A DNA stretch of 64,000 nucleotides from Octopus vulgaris. Taxonomy: Eukaryota. The stretch covers positions 24,738,001 through 24,802,000 of the forward strand of contig OX597821.1 in NCBI GenBank assembly GCA_951406725.2, given 5' to 3'. Positions 1 to 15,419 of this stretch are shown piece after piece; position 1 is the stretch's first letter, and each line of letters opens with the position of its first letter. The position numbers and the translations under genes are program-made. The notes beneath the pieces were generated by a model that saw only the letters and a list, made by a program, of their open reading frames with translations, was not told where the DNA came from and searched no databases.

Positions 1-1810
1 TTTCAAACACCAGAGTAACTCGGGACTTATTACACACAACGTATGAAACAATGGATAAAACAAACACGGACGTTTAAAACAAACTTATGAAAATGCTCTG
101 GAGAAGCTAAAAGTTACATTTTGTACTGTTTTAACTTAATCTTTTTATTTGATTATTTTTGTTGAGAATTTGCTTGTTATTAAGTTACCTTAGTCTACCA
201 ATTAGCTTTCTGTCTCTCAAGTGTGGAGGGTGATTTCTCCAAATATTTCAATGTTTTACGAATTCTTATAATAACATGGTTTATGGCATAAAGAAGTCTT
301 TCATCTAAAATCTCACAAAGACTGAAATGTTTCTGATGTAAGGTGCTGAAATGTTCACGTGTTTCTCTAATAACATTTACCGCATAAATGAAATGAAATA
401 GCTCCAGCTAGAAATTAAAACCGCCTTTTTGAGGATTTGTTTAGCTCAGAAATGATTTCTTCCTTGAATATTATTTTTCACAAAATTGACAAAGCAGAAG
501 ACCTGGTTTTTTAAGAAAAGTAAATCAATCAATTGCAGTGATACTCGTGTCTTCCTCACGTACATTGCTGGCGTAAGTAAAAGAAACATAGTTTCGAAAG
601 AGTATCTAAATTGTATCATAAACTCACCAGACAGCAACAGACCGTAGGAAGTGACTGTTAGCACCTAATTAATTTATTTAAAATAACTTGCTTCACTTAA
701 GAATATGATATCACGCTTGAATAAGACGCAGATAATCAATATAAAACTATGAAAATATAGTAATTTTATAGTTGGTATTTCTGTGTGTGTGTGTGTGTGT
801 ATGTGTGTGTGTGATAGATCCGAGTTTCATACAAATTTATAATACAAACAGACGCATGTTTTATATTTTACAACTGTATATCTATATGGTGGAATAATAC
901 TAGGGAAAAACTTAAAAGTCAAAGTTTTATGATGTACCTAAATATAATTGATGCAATCGGATTCCACGTGATATAGTATTTTAAAATTATGCAGTTAGTT
1001 ATAGAAAATGAAACAATTATATTGCATATTAAGATGATAAAATCCTCATTTATACTATATTACAATTGTGTTTTCTATAATATTAAATATCATACAATAA
1101 TTATCATTATATTTATAAATTACACAATTATTTTTATAATACATGCAATCGTACATTATTGAAACGATGAATTATGCTATATGCAATAACTATATATATG
1201 GATTTTACATGTACAAAATATTATATACTTATATTTATAAATTGTGTAATTGCTTTAATAATATGATCCAATTATTTTAGTCCTTTTTACCAGCCCGTTT
1301 GAGATTGCCCTTGATTCTATGGTACACACTTTATTTTTAAGTCATCTAAATAAAACCTTCGGTCAAAACTTCATAATTTATGTTACTAACATCAGCTTAA
1401 TAATGGCAAAATTATTTTACTAAATTATTCATTATTTTGAAAATTAATTGACATAGCAGGTGTGTACTTCGGCAGAAGTAGATTAACAAAAGGATTTAGA
1501 ATATAAGAAACTCACCAATTTAGTTTTCAAACGTTAATCCCAAATCCTCTGAATATGTTTCCAGTGTTCTTTAAGTTCCTCTTTGTAATAATATTATCCT
1601 GACTAACCTTCCGCTTAGTTAAGAAGACCTTTGTCTTCTGACAGCAAACACTAAAATTGAGACAGTTATAAACAGCAATTCCGTTTACAAGAGAAACTCT
1701 TGAAGTTGTATTTGTCATTTGGGACTCTTTTCCGTCACTCACCTTAAATTAACAATTTTCCAATTTTCATTGGCGGCTGGAGTATGTATATATATATATA
1801 TATATATATA

Positions 1811-1854
<44 letters not shown>

Positions 1855-2043
1855 CAAACAAATACCGGAGTACTCAGTGCATGTTGTAGAGTATACGGTT
1901 TATTTAAACTGAATATATATATCTCGGGACGTCAGTTTCACGCTACTGTAAACTTATGTGTGTATGTGTTTATATATATATATATATATATATATAGTGT
2001 GTGTGTGTGTGTATGTGTGCGTGTATGCGCGTATGTATGAATA

Positions 2044-2079
<36 letters not shown>

Positions 2080-2653
2080 TGTATGTATGTATGTATGTAT
2101 GTATGATTGTAAAAGAATATATGAATATATCTATATCTATATAGATTTGATGGTCCGAGACAGAGAAATCTGCTGTAGATTAAGGGATTTAAAGTAAAAT
2201 AATCACAGACACAACCGCAAAATGATGGACCGCGCAGGCGCACAGAAGCAATCGGCAATGACGAATGTTAAATCGCTCAAACCCTTATTGCATACTAGCC
2301 ACAGTGTTTCTCTGGGTTTGTGATTAATCTGTCTTTCCAACAACAACAACAACTACTACTACAACAATAACAGCAACAACAACACTATACAATTGTGTTA
2401 TCCGTGTTTTCTTTTCAACAACCTCGTCTTCAGCATACCCCACTCTATTGCACGTTTTTCGACATCCGGGCAAGTGTCATGGCACCAGTGACCATCATCG
2501 AAGCAGTTTGTATTCTTTAAACTTTTAATTTAGTCTTCATTTGATGTTCTACTACTACTACTACTTCTTGAAAATGTTGCTGTTGTCGTTGTTACTATCG
2601 TTCACTTTCCTCTTTCTCATCATGCTGCCGCTGCTTTTCTGCTATTGATACCG

Positions 2654-2687
<34 letters not shown>

Positions 2688-2958
2688 CCTCGTCATCTAC
2701 AATTACCGTTACTACTATTGTTAGCAACTTTTGTTCTCTTTTCTGTTGCTCTTGTTATTGTTGATAGGGGCTATTTTTTCAAATTTTAATCATCATCACC
2801 ATTATCATTGTTGTTGTTGTTCTTCTTCTTCTTCTTCTTCTTCATTATTATTATTATTATTATAGAGCACGTGTACAAAAATATAATAGAAAAAGAAAAC
2901 TACTAACTTATATATGTGTTTATTCATAAACATACATATAAAATGCAAATAAAACACG

Positions 2959-2990
<32 letters not shown>

Positions 2991-3319
2991 CACACACTCA
3001 CACACACATGCGCACACCAGAGTGCACAAATATACACACGCTTATAAGCATATACACTTCTTTATAAACACATATACACACCCACATGGTTTAATATATG
3101 TGTGCGTTTCTGTTTTGAAAAGACCGCCTCGGATGGGAGTGCTATAGGTGCGGGTTCTCCACCCCGGGTAGGTAGAGAGAGAGATTATGCTGGTAAAGAT
3201 ATACTTTCTCACTGTGTCGGTGTGTCGCAAACAACGCTATCTACAACTGTCAGCTGATCGACCACACGTCTCCGAGGAATGCGGGCTGCCTCTATTGCTT
3301 CTGATGTTCGTATTTACTC

Positions 3320-4930
<1,611 letters not shown>

Positions 4931-5170
4931 ACATGAAACTACAAAAACAATCACTACTAAAGACATACACTCTCTGGCACACCAATATATAGGTATAAAT
5001 ATTCACGCAAGACACAAAAGTAGCATTCTCTCTCTCTCTCTCTCTCTCTCTCACTCACACACGCACACACACACGCACAAATACAAATGATCAACAGACG
5101 ATCGCTCGACCTGCTAAAATTAGTAGCCATAGTTCTTTCAACTCTCACCGTCTCCCGTCTATATATATAT

Positions 5171-5914
5171 ATACAAGATGAGTGAAAAGTAAGTAGGCAT
5201 TAAAAATTGACACTAAACTCCATATTCCGTTTACAAATGCATTGAAACAAATGAGACATGCTCTTAATTACATGAGAAAATGAAAGTAAATCTTCATATT
5301 CCAACGTAAGCACCGGTGGCACCAACCAGTTTCCTCCAACGGTCAGGGATAGAATGAACAACCTCCTGGAGGACGCCGTCTTGGATATCTTTGAGAACCT
5401 CCTGAATCCGTGTCTCCAGGTCCTACAGTGTGCGAAGTTTTGTCTTGTACACCTATTTTGTGTAACCCCACAGGTAAAAATCACATAGAGTGAGATCTGG
5501 ACTTCTCGACTTCTGCGGTCACAGTTTTCAGATTTTAGCTCTTACACGTAATGGGGTTTCCACGGACGAAAATTCAATTCCTTTTGCAATATCGCACGTA
5601 TTGTATGTCTTGTTAGTCTACTTTCACGAGCTGCTCCACGGTGTTGATTTTCGCGGGCTGCGATTAAACATTTATCGGGATGGGGGTTGAACGGCCCCTT
5701 CTTCTTGCATCGTTCACAGAGCCAGTTGGTCATCAGCTTTGCATGACACTTTTTTATTGTCTCCGGACGTAGTGTTGCATGCTTACCTTTCCATGCACGC
5801 CACCATCTCTGAACCAAAACAATGAAATTCCACACAAAATGTTTTCGTCATGACTTCAGTGATACTAAAATTTTCATAATTTCTAATGCTTAGTTACTTT
5901 CCACCTACCCTTTA
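5171..5914 (-). mobile_element. Internally deleted Tc1/mariner-superfamily element (rosa/DD41D-like transposase remnant)
   Basis: Minus strand reads SRSPDLTLCDFYLWGYTK* (~5455-5510), matching the SPDLTPxDFFLWG motif; N-terminal IVLVQRWWR... and WKPHYV (ORF 5542-5835). Degenerate inverted ends (tacaagatgagtgaaaagtaagtaggcatt / aatgcttagttactttccacctacccttta) abut TA tracts. Confidence 0.8.
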
Positions 5915-6276
5915 TATATATATATATGTTGGGGTATGTATGTATATATATATGTATGTATACATGTATGTATGTATATGTATGTATGTATTTATGTATG
6001 TATGTATGTATGTATGTATGTATGTATGTATGTATGCAAGCATGTATGTATGTATGTATATGTATGTATGCATGTACGTATGCATGTATGTATGTATGTA
6101 TGTATGTATGTATGTATGTATGTATGTATGTATGTATGTATATATGTATGTATTTATGTATATGTATGTATGTATGTATGCATGTATGTATGTATATGTA
6201 TGTATGCATGTATGTACGTATGTATATGTATGTATGTATGTATGCATGTATGTATGTATGTATGTATGCATGTATG

Positions 6277-6308
<32 letters not shown>

Positions 6309-6442
6309 TGTATGTATGTATGCATGCATGTATGTATATGTATGTATGCATGTATGTATATGTATGCATGCATGTATGTATGCATGTATGTATGTATGTA
6401 TGTATGTATGTGTATGTATGTATGTATGTATGTATGTATATA
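5912..6442. repeat. (TATG)n/(TATGCA)n microsatellite, ~530 bp
   Basis: Direct reading. Confidence 0.97.
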
Positions 6443-7566
6443 ATCATCTAACGTTTAAAGCGGTAAGCAGGATGACTTTAATGAATCGAGAATATGCTCA
6501 TATCAAGGAAAGACAAACATTGTTGAACAATAACAATGTTGGGGAGAATACGTACTTAATATCGCTAATACCTCCAAAAAGCTGTTAATCAATAAAAAAA
6601 TACATCAGTAAAGAAATAATGAAAAGAAAAATAATAACGTTAATAATAATTTCTGTCAATAATGAAAAGGTAGGCAACTCTGATATCCAGATTACATAAA
6701 GTTCGGCTGAAGTTGGGAGTGAGCTTAATCTTTGGTAACTATGGTAATAAAACCAGACATATTTCTACCTAATTAGACTTTATCAGCGAAGCATAACCAT
6801 GCGTATAAGTACAAGAGCCTAGAATGACTGAAAAACTATATATAGATTTGGGGTTAAAAGTAAAAGTAACTGATTAAGTAATTAAAACTAATAACACTGA
6901 AAATTTTTCCCAGGGTTGTTTTCTGCATGAAGAATCTATAGTTAAATAGGGGCTACTAAACTTAATATAGTGGACCACAAACAAATCTTTTTAGTAATTT
7001 ATAATTACACTTCTAATGAAAAGAAAATATCATTAGCGTGGTGCATCTGGTGAGTTGTGTATATAACAGTTAATTAAATGAATTACTGAAATGTACTTAA
7101 GACTAACCAATGAACTGATTAACATGTCAATGGTGTGTGTATGTGTGTGTGCGTAAGAGTCAGGTAATGGGTATACTTCCGAAATCCAAAATTGATTAAA
7201 TATGAAATGGTGACGTGTAGTAGGGAGTGGTTTGCTAAGTATTTTAAATGCCACTTCAGTAGCAATAATCAGTGTTTATTTCTTACACAATAGTACTGGT
7301 CGTTAGCGCTTATTTCACTATTTATCAGTTACCTCTTCATATAAAAGACGTCCCTTGGGAAATGTTTCATTATTGTTAAACAAATGTGTATCAAGAAAAA
7401 AAAAATGGTTAGCCTGCTTCACAATATAAAACGGAACGAAAATAAACGAAATTTTCAAAAACATCATACTTCATACTTAATTTGGCACTCGTTTTAACAT
7501 CATATCAGCGGGCTCCTGGATGTCTTTAGCAGGATTCAGTCTGTTGCAAGCATCTGAGGGCCAGGT

Positions 7567-7666
7567 CTCCGATCACTTGAGCACTGCCTCACTCCGATCA
7601 CTTGAGCACTGCCTTACTCCGATCACTTGAGCATTGCCTTACTCCGATCACTTGAGCACTGCCTTA
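7567..7666. repeat. 25-bp minisatellite, 4 copies (ctccgatcacttgagcactgcctta)
   Basis: Four contiguous near-identical units, no spacers. Confidence 0.95.
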
Positions 7667-8034
7667 AAATATATGCATAAAATATATGCAAATGTTGTAA
7701 AACATATTGAAGGATTTAAAAGAAATGAAACTCATCACAGCTTTTGACAAAATAATTGAAAAGGAAATTTAACTAACTAGTGATATTTTAAAACATAATT
7801 TACAATAAGTAAAAATAATCCACTGTCAGATATGGAAGTGAAATTCTAAATTAAGAGCAAAATCAGTTAAAGGAATTTCTTGCATTCCAGTTTTCTGCGA
7901 CACTCATTGCAGAGCATGCAAGGGGAATCACGAAGGAATGGCATTTTCAGAAATATCATCAAAAAACAAATCGGAAATATGTATTATTATTAAAGAAACT
8001 TCATTAATTTTAATTAAAACTATATCTGTAAATT

Positions 8035-8448
8035 TTTTCGGTTTGAACGGAAGTTTTTAACATAATTTCTAGGTAACTAAAAAATTTTAAACTTCGTATA
8101 CTGGTAGAATGTGTTTATAAAACATCTTTTTCTCTTGGCTTTATTGAGAAAATTCTATAGTTTGTAAGATATTTGTTGTGTTTTTTCTTCAATTTCTACA
8201 ATTTCAACCAATCAATGACGTCCATTGAGGTAAAAAAAAACATTCTGTGCCGTATGAATATGTCCCTCGTTTAAAAAACAGATTGGGTTTATTTACATTT
8301 GTGAAGAAAAAATGATACCCTTCCCCCACCCCTAACCCTAACCCTAAAACAGATGGAAATGCAATAGATCGATACTAGGGTCATAATTATGGGTGACAAT
8401 TTCATATGACACCGCTAGAAAAAACTGCCGTTCAAACCGAAAAGATCC
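8035..8448. mobile_element. MITE of the GGATC-ended family with internal telomere-like (CCCTAA)n
   Basis: Inverted ends ttttcggtttgaacggaagttttt / aaaaactgccgttcaaaccgaaaa(gatcc). The arm sequence (aacttcgtatactggtagaatgtg...tttcaaccaatcaatg) is shared with 26478-27465 and 36547-36817. cctaaccctaaccctaaa at ~8331-8348. Confidence 0.8.
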
Positions 8449-9259
8449 ACAATATTTCTTGATTTGGTTGAACAAATAATATTTTGCACATGCTAAATAA
8501 AACGTTTGATGATGCGGAATTTGATACAGAATTATTTTTATCAAATTTCACGGCATTTTATTCTGTTAGATATAGAAAGGTTATAAGCTAGCAATACCCT
8601 AAATAATTATTCAATTATTAGATACTTTGGACCCATCTTCAGAAACATTGAAATCAGAGACCAATAGAAAGAGAAGAAAGGTTGCGCGAATTAACTTAGA
8701 ATATTAAACTTCGAAAATGATTTAAATGATTTTCGTGAGTGAAGAAAACAGGACTCAGTTCAAAGATTTTGTTGCTGCGGAAACATTAAGGAAAGCAAAA
8801 TATTGTAGCTAACAAATTCTGAACAGAATTGCCATATGATTTGCCGATACAGAAAAAGGAATTTCGCAGCTTAATAAGTGATGAGATAGCCAGTGTATAT
8901 AACAACTAAACTCAAATAATACTTTACAACCCTCATTTGTTTCTTACAATATTCTTCACTTTTGATAATAAAGTTCATGTAGCACAGACGAGAGTTTACA
9001 AAGATATTCAAGAAGTCATTCGAAATGTATTACCGGATACGGAATATTAAATTGTTTAAATGCTACAAAGAAATTTTATTTCAAAAGTATAAAAGTATTG
9101 ATATTCATATTTTTCAGATAATTCATTACTTTTGCAATTGAATTTTGATAAATTTCAGAAAAGTTGTCGATATTTTACTGATGATCTCGAAACTTTTTAT
9201 ATCGAACCTTTGGTTGAAATTTTTGTATCTCAGCGATATTTAAGAGATGAGGAATTATG

Positions 9260-9614
9260 CACATTATTTACATTCGACGGATATTTGTCCTCTTCTTGTT
9301 TGTTGTTAACTCAACGTTTCGGCTGATATACCCTCCAGCCTTCTCTAGGTGTCTTGGGGAAATTTCGAACTTGTGTTCTCATTCCTAAGGTATTTTTCGA
9401 TGTTGTTAGTATTATTATTATTATTGTTGTTGTTGTTGTTGTTCAGGTCACTGCTAGGAATCGAACTCGGAATCTTGGGGTATGTAGCCCGCGCTCTTAA
9501 ACACTACACTATATGCCCCAAGACACCTGAAGAAGGCTGGAGGGTATATCAGCCGAACTTTGTGTTAACAACAAACAAGATGAGGACAAATATCCGTCGA
9601 ATGTAAATAATGTG
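9260..9614 (-). mobile_element. tRNA-headed non-autonomous retroelement ending in a Penelope-type hammerhead, with an inverted copy of its 3' module
   Basis: ~100-bp inverted arms at 9260-9359 and 9516-9614. Minus strand 9518-9444 reads gggcatatagtgtagtg...gagttcgattcc (A/B-box-like), then (AAC)n(AAT)n, then the HHR module. Confidence 0.75.
9522..9566 (+). ncRNA. Minimal type I hammerhead ribozyme motif (GAAAC mutated to GAACT)
   Basis: gacac-CTGAAGA-A-GGCTG(gagggtatat)CAGCC-GAACTTT-GTGTT. The opposite-strand copy at 9308-9353 keeps GAAACGTT but has CTAGAGA in the core. Confidence 0.7.
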
Positions 9615-9678
9615 ATCAGCGAACATGTTTTTCGAAAAAAGGGAAGGGATGTCCAAATGTGTGTGTATGTGTTATATA

Positions 9679-9733
<55 letters not shown>

Positions 9734-9798
9734 TAGAGGGTTTGGAGGTGATGTACAGGTATTATATATTAGAGGAAATAAGATACTCAGAATACATG

Positions 9799-9852
<54 letters not shown>

Positions 9853-9955
9853 AATGTATTCATATACAAACGCCGAGTTTCACACACTTGAGCGTGTACA
9901 CACAGCTACACTCACACCAACACGCTTATATACATATATATATATATATATATAT

Positions 9956-9986
<31 letters not shown>

Positions 9987-12900
9987 TATGTATATGAGTT
10001 AGTGAGTGTATGCATGTATGTTTATGTATATATTTATGTATTTATTTATTCATTTATATATTATAATGTAGAGTCACTTGTTACATGAGTCTTTACTTAG
10101 AGCTTCTAAGAATATCATTTTCTACTCCAAACCGAAACACTGTGTTACTGTGTGAACTTTTTGCCCAATATCTGTTCATTTACATACATACATACATATA
10201 TCCAAACATACATATATACATGCATGCATACGCACGCACAGACACATGCACGCACGCACACACACACACACACTCTTACATACATGCATACATACATACA
10301 TGCATACATACATACATACATACATAAATACATACATACATACATACATACATACATACATACATACATACATACATACATACATACATACATACATACT
10401 TGTGTGTTATTTACATTTACGCTTTATTATTTGCAGTTTCAGTATGACAGTGAATTAACATAAGATGCCATTGTCAAGTGATCCGAAATTTATATTCAGT
10501 AATGCTTATATCAAATAAACGAATACACGACAGAAAAAGAAAAAAAAAAGACACTGTTTTAAATTGAGTTATTACTTATAAAATGGAAAATACCATTTCA
10601 CTTGTTTTGTTTCTATTGTGAAGCTCAACAGAATCCTGAAAAACTAGTGCTCTGAGCTCCTACTGAAGTTGACCTTTGAAAAGTTACCTTAATGGCTTTC
10701 CATAGAAATATTTTCATCAGCGCGGCAATTTCAACATGGTTTCTTTGTGTAGCAGACGACAGTTATAGCTGTCGATATAAATTTAGAAAGTTTCAGCGCT
10801 GCGCGCAAAATCTTTTATTATTTTATATATATTTTTTCTCTATTTTAGGCATACATATCTTTTATTTAAAATAATAACATTCTACAAATTTTAAATTAAT
10901 ATTTCACAGACTTTAAATCAGTAGAGGAATTTATTTCTAACGTCAGTTCTTCTGAACCTGAATCCGAAACGACAGTCCTTTTCATTTCAAAGTTACTTTA
11001 ACTTGTCAGTATTCAAAATAACCCTATTCTAATATTTTTGTTTGTTTTATGTTGATCTAAGAATACATTTTGTAGAGTAAATACTATATTCTGACATTAA
11101 AAAAGAAAGAAATGGAAAGAAAAAATGGTACAGAAAATTTCATTAAAACACTGGAAAAGTTAGACAGAAGAGCAAGAAAGTATGTGAAATTTAGCTGTCC
11201 ACCTTTGATTGTGTGCTGAGAACATTAACGCTGTACTGTTGATGAAATTGTAAAGATAAATTGCATTTAATAGCCTCCATTCGGCGTTTAATAGTTTAAT
11301 GTTCAATGTTGGATGCAGGATGTTTGTGTTCGGTGTCAGATACAAGTTTATGTTCTGGTGGTCCAATGAACTGAATAAAGCGTGGAATCACAGCCCATTA
11401 AACAATGCTAAACGCTTGATTAACTAATAAAACAAGCCTTTCAAATGTTAGTTCGTTGCACCGTATCCGGGCTCTTGGAAGCGAATATCTTGGCTGGTTT
11501 CTTGCTTTCTTTACAACATTATGTACCATGTGGATGTGGGGATTTTCCATTCTTATTCAAGGATTTATTCTTTGTCCTTCACAAAACTATTACGATAGAC
11601 AAAGAAAATAAACCTGAAAGAATTGTTCTGGAAATCAAATAGTAATAAAAACCAGATTGCATAATCTTACTTCCTGATAAAATCAACCTCTGGAGCAAAA
11701 AGTATATATAAAAAAATGAACATAACATATTCCGGTCATTCATAGTCACAACAGAGATATCAGAGATCATGCTAAATGAATAACACCAAAGGTGTTTGTG
11801 TCATTTTGATAACTGAAACCCTTAAACAGTTTGCAACTTTCTTTTGTAAGTTAACGGAAAGGAATTAAAAAGAAGTGTTGTGGAAAACTTGTCTTAGAAT
11901 TCTCTCTCTCGAAACCTCCTCCCAGTGATGAGGGCAGTCTCAACTGTGACGACAATTGCAATTAACTCCACAAAATAGCGAAAATAATAAAAGGCAGGGA
12001 CGACAAGATATTTTCCATTAACAGCAACTGATGCAAAGTGAAGAAAAACCACATTAATTTTACAACAACCACATCAAGCAAGAAACAACAACCACAGTTA
12101 CAGCCACAAAAACAACCACACTCATAATCAACCAACAAAACGACCACAATTTCAACTGAAAAAAAAAACTTGATAACCAACAAAACAGCATGTAAATAGA
12201 CAACAAAAGTTATTAGAGATGAACCTGCGGTTTTTTTTATAACTCTATAAAAAAAAAAGAAAAATGCTAGGAAAATATTTTGAAAATAACACCCTGTACA
12301 ACCGTAGAAAATCTAACAAACTATCACTAAACACTGGTGTTGGACATCGAAAGAGAGGAAAACAATATTCATTATTTAATTCTAAAAAACCTGGTGCATG
12401 ATAGAATCAATAGAGCGGCACACTAAATGCGTTGCAGTATTTAGACGTGTCTTTTTACGTTCTGAGTTCGAATCATGCTACGGTCATCTTCAGTTTTTAA
12501 CTCTTCCGGTGTCGATAAAAATGAAGTGCAGTTAAATACTGAGGTCATTATAATTAGTTAAACATTTTTATGAAATTTACCTGAAAATATTTAATCTAGT
12601 GTTGAGAGTGACATAAAGCAAATATGGCGACAAACAAAATATTTTGTTATATTTACTTACAGTCCTTTATGCTCTAAGCTCAAATAGCGTTAAAAATAAG
12701 ACTGATAAAAAACATCAGTCCTAAAAATTATAAGGGGTCGATTCAATTTACCTCTTACCTAGAAATATGTCGATTTAACTCTAAAACAAAATATTATTTT
12801 GTAAAAGTTATGTTACCTTCTCTTTCAGATAAACCTGTTTTTATAAAGCTCTGACGGTGTTCCTCGGCAAGTTTAAATGTGTTTAGCGCATGAAATAGCT

Positions 12901-13083
12901 ATATATATTATTGGCTACAAAACTTTATCTTTGCATATTAACTTCTCCATGCCATAATTGTTTCAGGGTCGATGTATAGAATACCAGTCCTGTATTGGCG
13001 TCAGTTCTCTCTCTTTATCTACCTACCTATCTACCAATCTATCTACCTATCAATCTATCTATCTATCTATCTACCTATCTACA

Positions 13084-13115
<32 letters not shown>

Positions 13116-14612
13116 GAGAAGAAATTGGCTCTGTTCAGACGTGGAGAGGATAGGCTCCGTTAGGTTTAAAATGCCCAAGGCACGCTATGTGACACGACTC
13201 CAACTGAAGGCCCAAAGAAAACTACATCACATTTTCTTTAGTATAACTGTCTATTACATCTAACTGTTTAGTTCAACAGTGTTGCCACTACTTATAGAGA
13301 TAAAGTGTACCACGTTGTGGTACCTGCTTGAATTTAAGAGGACTGATCAGTTAAGTGTTTTAACGATAGAAACAGTGCAATGAAGCCACATGGAATTGTC
13401 TAGAAACTAGGTAGGCTATTTAGAGTTCAGGACTCTAAACAGTTGACTGCATTGGTCATGGATACAGCACAATAAACTAAACTGCGGTGTCTACTTATAA
13501 TTAAGTGGACCCGGCTATTGAAGTTAAAATGGCTTCACCATAGACACAATACAAAACACTATGCTACTTTGATAGATTGATTGATTGATTGATTGATTGA
13601 TTGACTGGTTAGTTGATTGAATGGTGGGTAGATGGATGGGTGGGTTGGTGGATGTTTGTAAGCACCTTAATTTGGGGGGATTTATTTGAGTTCTTTTCTT
13701 TTCTTTCCATTGCAGGATTCAAACCGATCAATAAAAAGTGGCAAAATTCGTTTGTTTAAATCAAGACAGCTTTTGGATTGTTGGATCTGTGAATTAGTGT
13801 GTGCATATATATGTATGTGTAGATAAACTCGAACTCATTTAGTGCACATATCACTTTAGTATACAAGTGTGTTGGTTTCATTACTGTTGTGTGTGTGTGT
13901 GAAGAGGTATTCCATATGTATATATGAATGTGTGCATGTATTCAGTCTAGACATCTCAAATGGAGAATCCCTGGAATGGTTTACAAATATTTTTCTGTAT
14001 TTCTAATTGTTTGTATTTGAAGAATGTAAATCGATTCGCTCTGCTTTAATGGAGAATCCCAGCATTTCTATGTTTTTATGTAAATCTATTGTTGCATAAC
14101 CCACTGTGCCTATGATAATGGAGACTAATGGAAATCTATTACCTGGATATAAGAGTTGTAGGCTTCTCATTAGTTCTCCATTGATGTTCTCTTTCCCTCA
14201 GTTTATGTATATGTGTATCTATGTATTAGCAATCTGTGTATCATAGTTAATGCAAATGTATCACGAAATATCACACTGACTGCGCTAGTCGTCCGAAGTT
14301 GATATCTCTTATAGACGTATTGAATTAGCATGTAAGTAGCATGTACTTACTGGCAACTGTAGGCCAAAACAAAATCCGTCGTCACTGATATAGAAAAACA
14401 ATGATTGAAAAATCACTGAAGGTGCAGTTAGGCGGCCGGTTGGTTAAAACTTCGTCACTTGCATCAGAAGTAGTATTAGATTAAATTAGCAATCAATATA
14501 TCATACTTAAAGCAAATACATCAAGGAAAGTCAAAATGACTGTAGTATTCGTTCGCAGATAATATCTCTTATGGGCGCACTGTGTTAAATATGCATTTAT
14601 GGATGAATGCAT

Positions 14613-14829
14613 ACTCTCTTTTACTCTTTTACTTGTTTCAATGATTTGACTGTGGCCATACTGGAGCATCGCCTTTAGTCGAGCAAATCGACCCGAAGAC
14701 TTATTCTCTGTAAGCCTAGTACTTATTCTATCGGTCTCTTTTGCCGAACAGCTAGGTTACGGGGACGTAAACACACCAGCATCAGTTGCCAAGCGATGGT
14801 GGGGCGACAAACACAGACACACAAACACG

Positions 14830-14908
<79 letters not shown>

Positions 14909-15047
14909 CTATATACATATATACGACAGGCTTCTTTCAGCTTCCGTCTACCAAATCCACTCACAAGGCTTTGGTCACCCGAGGCTATAGTAGAAAACAC
15001 TTGCCCAAGGTGCCACGCAGTGGGGCTGAACCCGGAACCATGTGGTT
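14613..15047 (-). mobile_element. tRNA-derived SINE, family A (5'-truncated; internal (CA)n/(TA)n)
   Basis: Homologous to 16600-17004; B-box-like ggttcagcccc; tail (AAAAGAGT)n. Confidence 0.9.
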
Positions 15048-15419
15048 CGTATGTGTGTTTCTGATTTAATTTTTTTTTAAGAGCTGGTTTCTAGCCTAGA
15101 AAAAGGCTCTTTCACTGGAATATTAGACGACGTCAACAGGGTAATCGTGATAGTACGTGTGTATGTATGTATGTATGTATGTATGTATGTATGTACGTAT
15201 GTATGTATGTATGTATGTATGTATGTATGTATGTATGTATGTGTGTGTGCATGTATGCGTACACACATGGGCGCAGGCATAGATATAATTGCATGGGTGT
15301 ATCGTATTATATGCTAAATCCTTTGAATTGCTTTATATACTTGAATACTGGCTGTGATAATCTGTAACCGTAACTTTCTGATTGAGCATGTCCTTATTGG
15401 ATTCTGAAACCCAGCTTCT

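Noticed and set aside
1278-1498. piggyBac-like MITE
   Set aside because: Ends only vaguely resemble ttaaccct/agggttaa; too decayed to support.
2445-2480. miR-92-like words (tattgcac; cacttgcccgg)
   Set aside because: Only partial matches on opposite strands and no convincing precursor.
7567-7666. CRISPR-like 25-bp repeats
   Set aside because: Units are contiguous with no spacers; eukaryotic context and no cas genes.
9178-9200. CTGATGA-tctc-GAAAC hammerhead core, and similar cores at ~20980(-), ~21303(-), ~48618(+) and ~60647(-)
   Set aside because: No credible stem II and/or stems I and III; several lie inside transposase coding remnants, so they are likely chance matches.
9444-9518. Functional tRNA genes here and at other SINE heads
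   Set aside because: A/B boxes are present, but the heads run into repeat bodies and I cannot draw a complete cloverleaf.
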